Part shown: positions 1 through 10,378 of the stretch, one piece after another | Layout of the letters: every line of letters starts with the position of its first letter | How positions within the stretch are numbered: the first letter of the stretch is position 1 | Assembly (NCBI GenBank): GCA_002633005.1 | Contig: NMRA01000656.1 | Span: forward strand, 116,289 to 180,288 | Direction of reading: 5' to 3' | Length of the DNA stretch: 64,000 nt | Source of the DNA: Phoronis australis | Lineage: Eukaryota; Animalia; Phoronida | The notes under the pieces: generated by a model | What the model was told of the DNA's origin: nothing | What the model saw: the letters and a program-made list of their open reading frames with translations, nothing else | Databases searched by the model: none | Program-made: the position numbers and the translations under genes

Positions 1-1616
1 CAGCATGAGTACAGGACTCAATGTACCTTCAAGCTTTCAAAAGAGAAGAGTAAAATTGATGCAGTTGAGAAACCACTTAAAATTGTGAGAATACAATGAA
101 GTTGCATTGGAAATGACATGAAGAAATATATTCTAGAGTACATGTCTATGTTTCGTTACATGGCACAGTAATGCAATTCACGAATCTACAAAAATAAGAC
201 CATATCCTCCACAAATTCACAAATCAGTATCACCAGTGCTCAACACGGTCGAAAATCTCCGCTGGAAAATAGGAGTGACGGCGTATGTGCACTCGCGCGT
301 GTATACCCGGACTTGGCTTCGTAAAGGATCGTGACCAAAAAAGAAACGTCGAAACTCCGTGTTTGAATTTGGCATTCGTATTTTTACGTTTCTTAAACGT
401 TTTTCCGAGCGCTTTACTCGTAAATTTCACGTCGTTTGGCTACGAGCGTAGCCAGTGGTCGCCGGGGACATCGTAGTTGTTACGTCTTCTGCGGTGCATT
501 TTAAGTGGACGCTTTGTTGAATTGAAACTTACCAGGTTGAAAGTCAATCAATGTCTTTCATAGTACGCTACAAGAAATTTATTCTTAAAAAGAACCATTC
601 TTTTCTCGCAGTTTAAGAGCTGAATCCCCCGGCCTGGTTCACAGCCGAAGTAACAGGTGCTGTGCACGTGACTGGCTGACCTACTTTTTTCCATATACGG
701 CACGCAGTGCCACACACAGAGGATAAACTCGAATCGCCCAATAATCATGGAATTCCACAATAAGATGAAGTATTTCGAGGCATTTATTTTCATGCTAAGT
801 TATTCATTGAATACGTAACCAACATTACACACCACATTTTTTTCTCGTAAAGTTTGCACTGCATTCTCGCGCATCAATATAAGTCATTCGGTCGTGCGGA
901 TTTTTTTGATATTTTTTTCATTCATTCGTTCGAGTTGCAACGGAGCTATGCGAACAAATTACGGAAGTTTGTGCTAAGTTTTATCGGGTTTGCATGTTCA
1001 CGACATTGATAGCATTTTTACGACAGGTCAGTGCTAGAATTTTGTCGGGTATCATTTTTTTCGAAGTGTACGTTCTCCGTCGCCTATTTCGAATTGGCTG
1101 CTCCGTCGAAGATATCTAGTGCCGCTTCAACTTCCGCGTCGGCAACTAGTATTAGGGGTACGGCAAATCCTTTGAACTTCGGGTGTGGGATCTTCAATTT
1201 CAAAGATTAAGTGTCCATGTACGGGTAGTTAGTGCTGGATGCAATATTTCTCGACACAAGTCGTGCGGGGGATTCCGTATGAAGCCACCTTGACGTCACA
1301 GAATAGGAAGGTATTCCCCAAAGATGGCTGCCAGTATTTGCCGATCGTCATTGTGACACTTATAGTAAAAATAGACGGCAAAAGTTTCAAATGTCGAGTT
1401 ATTTCTTAATATTTAGCGAACTTAAACAATGAATTGTAGGTTTCAATGAAATTTATTAATAATAAATGTTAAAATTCTTCGTTTAGCCTTCATTTTCGCC
1501 GAGTTTGTTTTGGAACAGGCCGTCTTTTTTCCGTCTGGACCGTGCCGTCCAAAGCCGTCATTTTTTTAAAAGGGCCGTCCTAAGGACGGCCAGGACGGCC
1601 GCTAGAGGAGTCCCTG
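1..1616. mobile_element. Right part of a probable hAT-like DNA transposon in an RPS3 intron (left end outside the window or not recognised)
   Basis: Ends in ...GCTAGAGGAGTCCCTG at 1616 (reads CAGGG inward, a hAT-like terminus). Dense subterminal GCCGTC/GACGGC motifs at 1519-1600, including palindrome GGCCGTCCT-A-AGGACGGCC. CpG-rich relative to flanks. Partner TIR/TSD not visible; left boundary arbitrary. Confidence 0.4.
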
Positions 1617-1691
1617 GTTGCAACAGACATTTCAGAAGGTCGTGGGCGTGTTCATTGTAATAAGGTGGTTCATTGGGTTTGACTCGGTTGA

Positions 1692-1973
<282 letters not shown>

Positions 1974-2479
1974 TAGTCTGCAAGATCTAAGCTGGTAAAT
2001 AATGCAGTGAACACTACAAAAACAACCGAGTGATGAAAGATTGTGTGAAACTGTCTTTGCTGTTTTAATACTAGTAAAATGTTGCTCAAAAATTTGTTGG
2101 TGCGGGTGCGTTTCAGACTTTGAGGTCGTTGTAAGTGATGCATTGTGTTGGAGGAGCTTGAGTTAGGCGTTGAAAATTTACCCTTTGGTCAGTTTGGTGC
2201 TCAAGTGAATTTGATAGACATATTAATTGGGCACATTCTATTCCGTTAGGCTTCTGTAGCGAAGGAGAGTCGATGCATGGCAAAATGTAATTTAGGTCAA
2301 TACGAAAGTGGCACCTAAGTTTATGCTATTCTACCGTTATTGGTATCCTTGTAAAGTAAGTTGAGTAGAATTTACACAAAATTGCAACGATCTGCTGATG
2401 GTGTATTTAATAGCACACTCTTTAACAATTTAACACTGATTTCTTACAACTAGACCTCTATCATTTCGCATCATTTCAG

Positions 2480-2703
2480 GCGTCTTGGGAATTAAAGTAA
2501 AAATCATGCTGCCACACGATTCCACCGGCAAGATTGGCCCCAAAAAGCCCCTCCCCGATCATGTGGGCATTGTTGAGCCCAAGGAGGAGACAATTCCCCA
2601 AGTGCCCATCAGTGAACAGAAAGGAGTGAAGCCAGCCCAGATGGAGCCCCAGCAGGCCCCAGATCAGCAGCAGCAGCAACAACAACAGCAGCCTATAATG
2701 TAG
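2480..2703 (+). CDS. RPS3: 40S ribosomal protein S3 (uS3), last coding exon
   Basis: tttcag|GC GTC TTG GGA...; (G)[62 protein letters not shown]9PIM*; TAG at 2701-2703; phase matches previous exon; donor GTGAGT at 2706. Confidence 0.96.
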
Positions 2704-2802
2704 AGGTGAGTGACAGGGTTACTGCTCGCAGTCGGGGTCCTGGGGCCCTGAATTATGTGGCCTAACATTGACCTTATCTTCTCTTTATATGGAAAGGTCT
2801 TA

Positions 2803-4284
2803 CCGTATTCGCCCTTATAAGCGCCCATGCCCCTATAATTGCCCCTCACGCGTTTTCAGACTTTGCCAAAATAAGCGCCCAGTCCATGAACACGGTGTAC
2901 ATGCGAGAAATGCCTTATCTACAATTCTAAAATTCAACAGTTACGTCTCCAATTGATCAGTAAGATCCGACAGTCCTGAAAAAATGATTGTGTGCAAAAT
3001 TTGTAGACCACGAGCCTCGCCACTGTGTCGGTACTTAACCGTGACTACACACTTCAAACTTCCGCTTTGCTTCAAAAAAAAAAAAAAACGCAAAACTTTC
3101 GCTGATCTTGTTATGGAAGTGTCCTATTATGGTCCGGCCTTTCAGAACAGACGCAGTGTTCTTGTCTAAGGGATTGTATTGCATCTTTCCCGTTCAGATC
3201 TTCTTCCTCAACAGGAATCCAAATTTCTTTGTATTTGTGAAAACCGCGATTTGAAGACTAATAAAAACTTGACCTTTGTTAAAAGCACGTGGCCAGAATG
3301 CGCGCGCTACATACAAGTACCTGTCATCAAAGATAAGTCTTCGGGAACTATCTGTTCATGAAACGGGTAACATAGCACTGGCAAGAAATAAATATTGACA
3401 CTTATTTCCGAAAGTTTTTAATACTGTAAGAACATTTGAGTTATTTTTAGAAGGAATTATTAAATAAATCGTAATTGCTGCTTTTAAAGTCAAAAAATGA
3501 CCTACTGATAGTGAACACTTCCGCACCCTTACACCTCCCGAATCTCCTGAAAAATAACTGTTTGGCTGTCACGCATCCTGTCACCCAGCGACTCAATATT
3601 GACTTTAGAGACAGTTCTCGAACATTTTTTAACACACGAGATCAACAAGTGCTATACAAAACACGTTCTGCTTTACTGCTTGTGTTAATTTCTTTAGTTG
3701 CACACCTAGATCTACGTCACATTGCGTTTACTCTGGAAAATGAACTCTGCTGACACGCACACGCTCGCTTACTCACACAATACGCAGACGACTTCAAAAC
3801 AAATGTCATGTGACAACAACGTGTGTGTTCGTCCAGAGATTTTTCTCGTGTTGTGGAGTGCGATGTAGCGCAGATTTGGACTTAATATGCAGTTAATCCC
3901 GACTCCACAGGAACCTAAAAATGTTAGGGACGCTATATTGAAAACTTAAGGACTTCAGGTAATTTGTTAAGTCGAAACTATATTTTTACTCAAGTTGACC
4001 TAGCCTATCAGGAGGCAGCGACACATCAGTCGGCGAGTTTTCGCACTGTGATTTTCTGAAAATGCTTGTAATTTAACAACAAAGTTTGATATCAATGCTC
4101 TGCAATTTTGTAGAAACTCTGTCATAGGTTACAATGTGTCACAGAACGTAAATTTGGTGAATTCTAGCTTACGATTTCACATGTTGTGGAGACCGGGTTT
4201 CAACCACTTTAGGCTCTAATAAGCACCCCCCTTCCTGAAGCGGATTTTTCTAAGCGCCCTGGGCGCTTATTAGGTTGAATACGG
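2803..4284. mobile_element. Non-autonomous Tc1/mariner-pogo-like DNA transposon (~1.48 kb) in the RPS3 3'-UTR intron
   Basis: TA|CCGTATTCGCCCTTATAAGCGCCC (2801-2826) and GGGCGCTTATTAGGTTGAATACGG|TA (4261-4286) are ~24-bp imperfect TIRs with TA target duplication. Subterminal TAAGCGCCC repeats at both ends. No transposase ORF. Confidence 0.8.
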
Positions 4285-4456
4285 TATTCATGTGAAATAC
4301 CGCTCGTCGCACTGTTGTTTTATTTTGAAGGTTCCTCTGCTCAGTCATAGTTATTTTGCAGACTGTTTATGTTGTTTATGTTGTTTATGAAGAGAGTCAT
4401 AGTTCATTTAGATACAGGCTGGCCGAATTTAAAATTCATTGCTGTGTGTCGTTTTT

Positions 4457-4586
4457 GTATTGATGACAATGTTGCATTCACAATCATGCGCTTCTGAAAT
4501 TCTAATGTGAAAACCTGCGAGTGCCAGGCCCCTCAAATTATTGAAAGTCTTTGAGGATTTTTGTTGCCCTCGAATGTCTGATATAC
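4457..4586 (+). ncRNA. Candidate intronic box C/D snoRNA
   Basis: TGATGA 4461-4466, D' CTGA 4494-4497, C'-like ATGTGA 4505-4510, internal stem CCTCAAA/TTTGAGG, D CTGA 4578-4581, terminal GTAT/ATAC. Host is RPS3, a known snoRNA host in vertebrates. Confidence 0.35.
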
Positions 4587-4921
4587 CTTTTCAGAACATT
4601 ACTGTAGTGCAAGACAAAAGTAATCTAACAAAATGTCATTTTCCCCTCATGACGACTAATTGTTTCAACACCAGAAATGAGTGGTACTAACTACTATGGT
4701 GGCTAATTTATAATTACACGATATGTTACAGTCACTTTGTTTAATTTCCTGGTAATTTAACTTCATTCTCAGTCTTGAGAGAAGACTACTCTTACGATGA
4801 GTGTGACTTCCGCCCAGTCGGCGTAGTGGGGCAATTCATTTTGTCTGAATACTTCTCGCTTGTTCTGTATGTACGTTTGTTTGTGCGCTTTGAACTCGAC
4901 CTACTTTCTTTTCTTTTACAG

Positions 4922-5000
4922 GTGATCAAGGTGGTGCTGTCATGTTTGTGAATAGAATGTAAAGCAAGGAAACGAGTAATAAAAATTCTCAAAAACATCC
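4922..5000 (+). other. RPS3: Probable non-coding terminal (3'-UTR) exon of RPS3 with polyadenylation signal
   Basis: Strong acceptor CTTTCTTTTCTTTTACAG ending 4921, to pair with the donor 2 nt after the stop codon (2706); AATAAA at 4978-4983. 3' end approximate. Confidence 0.7.
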
Positions 5001-6688
5001 AATGTTGTCAGATGTTCTCATGAGTGAATCGCAAGCCAAGTGGAGGCACATGCATATTTTCAGGCACATTGTCAACCTTTATGAAGTCATGTCGCGCTAC
5101 ATTAAATAACCCATAAAAGTAGATGATGGAAAACTTGCCACAAAAGGCCGGCACATTGTTTTAATGAGATGGCTGCCATTTTTTCTGGAAATTGTAGAAT
5201 TTTGCTTTGAACATGAAGTCCTCGAAACATCTCAATTTTTGTGATTTATTGTCAGGTTTATATTTTTAGTGTCAATAGGCAGGGTACCATGTCCATTTGG
5301 TTTACCGTCAAACAATGGTGTTGTCGGCCATCGATGTACCAGGATTTCATTTTGATGACCAATGTCCCCATTGTTCAATGGAAAATAAATATGAAAAATA
5401 GGTTTGCAAAATTAATGCAAATACACCCACGCTGTTGAGAGCAATTGATATTCCAAACTAAAAAAGGATTAAAAATTAAATTGCCTGAAAATGTCCAATA
5501 AAGAGTTGAAAAGGAACTGAAGTCAACAAAAAAATCATCTACAGCAACTATAGTTTCCAGATGCGTTTAAATAGCGTGGATTGTAATAACAATTGACATA
5601 AAAAAGTCCACAAAGAATGAGTCTAAAAGGAAATGTTTGACAAAGGGTTTCAACCTAAAAATTTGGGTGCACCTCTTTATGCTCTCGCACACATTCTTGC
5701 TAACGGTGTTATCTTTTAAGATGTGTGGCATTGTATTGTTTTCTCGCTCAGCTAAGAGCACATTTTTTCTTAGGGAATTTCATTTTTTCTTGGGAAGATT
5801 GCACACTTATAAACAACTGGTGGGAGGTGTGGTTAAGCAATTAGCGTGTGAGTGGTACAGTGTGACCATGTAGCAGTTTCTAAGAAAAGAACACCATTTG
5901 CAAGACCAGTGGTAATGAGAGCAGGGTGTTTGTAAGAAAGGAATTCTGTATGAAAAGGGAACGTCACAGTTCTTGAATATTCTGTCGGAACGTTGCCCAG
6001 ATGGTTGGGACACTGGATGGTTGAAATACAGCAGATGCCTGATAAATGCTCCCATCTTGGTCTGTGGTTGGCTTCCCCATGCTGTTGCCCATCTGTCCAG
6101 GAAATGCAAGTTGAACAAAATATTTGTGAAATGTGCTGTAATACAGATCATCACAAAATTTGTCTGCGAGAGCAATGCCTCTGCAGTTCGTGTGATGGAC
6201 TGTCTACCCTGCTGTTTTCTCAGTGAAAGTTGATTTTCAACTTCTTTCCAACAATTTGCTAAACAATAAATCAACCAGTGGAACTACTAGATGAACTCTG
6301 AATTACCCATGTGCAGAATGTGATTTGGAGAGTTTGATTTCAGCCGCTGTTTACTGTAGTGGGGTGATTCTGTGAACTGCTCTGAGATTCTGAGTTTGAT
6401 TTAGTGGTATTTAAGAGTTGGATATTTGGTTTTGAGGGTCGGTTTGATGTGGCAGAGATTTTATGTTCTAGAGGTGGAACTAAGAATTGAAGATGTTCAC
6501 TTACATGGTAACATCAGACCTGAATCCATGTCTAGTTGAATGTATGCATTCCTACTTATACGACTGCTTACGCCACCTTGTGAACTTTCAACTTCTGATT
6601 ATATCCATGGTTCAACACGTCCTGTGATCTAAAAATGAGCCACACTTTGCATGCATGAGAGATACAACAACTTTTGTGTTATTTATCA

Positions 6689-6694
6689 TTTATT
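6689..6694 (-). promoter_or_regulatory. Possible distal polyadenylation signal of ARHGEF17 (would give a ~3.4-kb 3' UTR)
   Basis: AATAAA on - strand (TTTATT on +). Other candidates exist nearer the stop (e.g. ~9143-9155), so the assignment is uncertain. Confidence 0.3.
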
Positions 6695-9600
6695 TTCCTT
6701 TACATATAGCCAGTGGGTGTACACCTGAACATTTTTAATGAACTCTGACACCCGGCACACAAAGTCTAGACAGTCTACTTAATAAAACAACAAAATACAA
6801 AACCATCATAAATTAATATCTGCTGTGCACGACCAACTTAATATACACATTATTAGTTTAATAATCAAGTTCAGCTCTTCTTGTGACTGCTAAGAAAAGG
6901 TAAATATCGGTAAACACTTGAAATAAGAAACTGCATGGCAATCCCCGTAAATTGCATTAATAATTGGGGAAATTTTCTTACATTTGAACCTTTCATGCAT
7001 TATTAGGCATGCACCTCATTCTCTCCTTCGCACAATTCCTAAGACCCAAGACATTTCCATCAGCGATTGATGTCCTAGTATTGGGTACATTTATGGAGGT
7101 GGACAGCTGATAATACCAATGTGTCTCGATTCATTTCGCTTCAGAAATGCGATCGGGGTCTTATTGCCCAAGAAAATGAGTTTACATGTCACCCGAATAG
7201 TTTTCTATAAGCCACATCTAAATAGCACTGAAGATCAAGATCTAGGATATTGTGAGGGAGCAACCACAAATTTGGAAGGACAAGTATTCATGATGCCCTT
7301 AAAAAAGCATGACAGTGGAGATTATTTTTCCTTTGGTCGTGTCCGCCTAGCCACGCTGACTTTGACGAGATATGGACTTTGTTGCAAGATTATCAGTAAG
7401 AGCCAACATCTCGAACAAGATTGGTAGAAAACTATTATGTGATCTCTGAACAGTGCAACACTATAACCCCAATCAGAAAACAGCCACCAACGTTTTGATA
7501 GATGATAACCACAACTGTTATCTGTCTTCAACATCAGGACAATTTTGCGTTCATGGGAAATTGAAAACAAAATAATTAGGAAATGAAAATACCAGGGGCC
7601 AAGATGCTGTGTCAGCAGACAACGAAACACGAAGTTGAAAATGGACACATAAGTTCAGTCAGAACCCTTGATACTGAAGGTGTCTGCTACAGAGAATTGT
7701 GTATTGTGCAGATCACTTTTTCTCCGGAGTTTTCTGCAGACAAGCCCAGGCGTGCCTCTGAAAACAGTTTAGGGTCAAAAAGTGAAATCTGAACATGCAC
7801 TTGAGTGCATATTTGGAAATCACGAACGTACGCTCAGGAGCACCAATGCAAATTGGAACAGAGAGTCGATACACAACATCACCAATGTCTATCCACAGGT
7901 AGGAGTTAACTACTGAAAATTTACTTAAGTTATAGTTTAGCTGTCCATTATCTACGGAATGGGTAAAGTATTCAATGGTGCATATTTTTCCCAAATGTGT
8001 GTCCAGGAAGTATCGGCTGAAATATTTCATGGGGTATGTAGAGATGAGCCTGTCCACAGAAAACTGGTAACTGACCTTTTGCACACAACCCAATGTTTTC
8101 AGAGCATAACCCAGGCAGGTTTTGAGAAATCAACGTCTTTGAATGATTAAAATCCAAACAGGAAACAGCAAAGTCATGTTAACTGCAAGTCGACCATAGA
8201 CTAAAAAAATATCCAAATTTGGCTAACTTCTGAACATCATATCTCAGCAATGGTCCATTATTCATAGGAAGCTTTATGAATTCTTTTAAAATACTTCACT
8301 TTTGCATAAGTGGCTAATAACAAAAATGAGACTTATAAGTTTTTGAAGAAAAAATCAAACATTGCATGAAACAAAATGATAGTTTAGAAAACTTAAGAGT
8401 TTTTGATATTTCATATTGAACATTCACATCAAATGAAACTTGGTTGTGTTATTGATATCGTTGTTTTGCTGTTGATCAATGTACCTTTCTCTTTTGCTAA
8501 ATTACAGCAAAGACATGGTCACGTGACCAAAATTATGACAGATACTTAAAAAATCAAAAATCAAATGCTACACGCTTTCCACTTCCAGACAAAATATACT
8601 TTTACTCAGTTGAATTATATAGTCTTTGTAGATATTTGGCATAATTCACAGACATGCAGTCCAACATAACCTCAAACCACAGACACCAAAACTGTATACG
8701 TACACGTGTTGAGTAAATACATTTTAATAAATAATAATCACAAGGAAGATAAAGCTAAATCACTGTGACTTCAACTATTGATTGCAAGTATCTTTGAGAT
8801 CAGGGAAATAGACCCATTCATTCAATAAATGTCCATGTACAAAAGTACATTGTACAGATACATATTTAACACTGTTTTAAAAGCCTATTTTACAAAGCAT
8901 ACTATGCCACTCAAAAAGAGCTAGTGTCGAGTAAAAGCATCATCGTATGACCACACGATTTTTGGAAAATGTTCTTGGTAACAAACTGCAAGTCAATCAT
9001 ACAGGTGTTCAGGGAAAAGATTCACTTAATAGGATCAGGCATTCAACTGTAAAATATGGTTTTTTCAAACAGGCATGGAACACTACTGCTGTAATGGTAA
9101 TCCTTTGGCTATTTAGCACACAATATGACAGACATGTGAACTTTTATTTTATTCAATTCTCAAAAAATAAAAGATTTTAGTATATCCTTAGCTTTGTTTA
9201 TAGCATGGAGATGTCATAAAACAACATTTTGTCAAGTCAACCTTATTTGTGTAATCACACTTTTGAAACGAAGAAAAACGATAATTCTGACAACTATTTT
9301 TGTGCAAAATAAGTGAAGAATTAGCTTATAAATACAACAAAGTTCTGGGCTCTGATTAGACACTGACCACTGTCTCTAGCTGGCCCCAGAGTAGAGACAG
9401 AAGCTTTTCGGCGAATTATGCCTCACACTGATTAAAACATCAAGGTCACGTTGTTATAAGTACCTTTTCCGCAGAGAGGGACACATTAGGAGGTCGTTGA
9501 TCTCCTTAATTCAATCCAACTCCGAGCAGTCTTTCATTCAGTTGCCCAAATCGCTAACTGGCCATTTTTACACTGCGCACACTCCTGTTTTTACAACGCC

Positions 9601-9810
9601 AGCTAGAGAGAGTGGTCACTGTCTAGGCCCCGAGCTGACTAAACTTAACTTGAGGCTTGACCAATCACATTACATGAAGTTTTCGATATTCTTTAAATTA
9701 TTAAAGAACTAATTGGATGATCAGTAAAACATTTTCCATCTGCACTTCAAGAAGTAAACATCCAAATCATTCTATGCATGAATACAAGCAAGTATAACCA
9801 GTTCAAAATC

Positions 9811-10010
9811 AAAAATGCCTCAAGAATTCCTCCACCTAAATGACTTCAGGATTGCTGTATGTCTCACCAAAATGCCTTCAGGATTGCTGTATGTCTCACC
9901 AAAATGCCTTCAAGATTATTCCAAAGCTACTTCAAAATCAATCACAATTCCACATAAATGCCATCAAGATTCCAGGCTCCACAATACCACGAAAATGCCA
10001 TCAGAATCTC
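9811..10010. repeat. Degenerate ~32-bp minisatellite just 3' of the ARHGEF17 stop codon
   Basis: AAAATGCCTTCAGGATTGCTGTATGTCTCACC repeated ~2.5x at 9837-9917, with further AAATGCC(T/A)TCA-like units from 9811 to ~10005. Confidence 0.75.
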
Positions 10011-10094
10011 CACTTTCCCACAAACACGCATCTGGGATTCCTCCGCGGCCTCACAACAATACCTACATAATTCCCAGACTCCATCAAGCCTTCA

Positions 10095-10378
10095 TCAAAC
10101 CTTCCATAGAAGTAAATGGTTCGTACTATCCTCTTTTCCTGCCGTTTCATTATTTGCGTTCACCCGAAAGTCTTCAAACCCATCTCCACCACTGATCACC
10201 AACATTTTTGTTGACATGGATGTCGGTTGAGCAGATGGTCGCCGTGGTAACGAAAACGTTCCCTCCAACTTGCGCGGTGACAGAGGCTCCACGGGGGACG
10301 ATGTCTTACGCACAAGTTGCTGAGGCATCTCAACACAGGTCAGAAAACGCACGTGACCTGTATGGCCGCAGGGTAAAC
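10095..10378 (-). CDS. ARHGEF17: ARHGEF17 last coding exon
   Basis: cccttag|GT TTA CCC; (G)LPCGHTGHVRFLTCVEMP...GGDGFEDFRVNANNETAGKEDSTNHLLLWKV*; stop TGA at 10097-10095. Confidence 0.95.

Noticed and set aside
2030-2380. GTGATGA at ~2030 and an ATTCTAC/GTAGAAT stem followed by ACA (~2328-2376) as possible snoRNAs in the RPS3 intron
   Set aside because: No suitably spaced D box with terminal stem, and no convincing two-hairpin H/ACA architecture by eye; needs an Infernal or snoReport scan.
4648-4695. ATGAC-started hairpin resembling a SECIS element
   Set aside because: Lacks the 3' GA of the quartet, is intronic, and neither gene has an in-frame UGA.
5807-6274. 155-aa minus ORF and overlapping plus ORF with CPDGW (C-type-lectin-like start)
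   Set aside because: No further lectin or other domain motifs and no supported splice structure; likely chance ORFs in the intergenic region.
9815-10230. Overlapping plus-strand ORFs of 76-126 aa
   Set aside because: Produced by the 32-bp minisatellite and antisense to the last ARHGEF17 exon.
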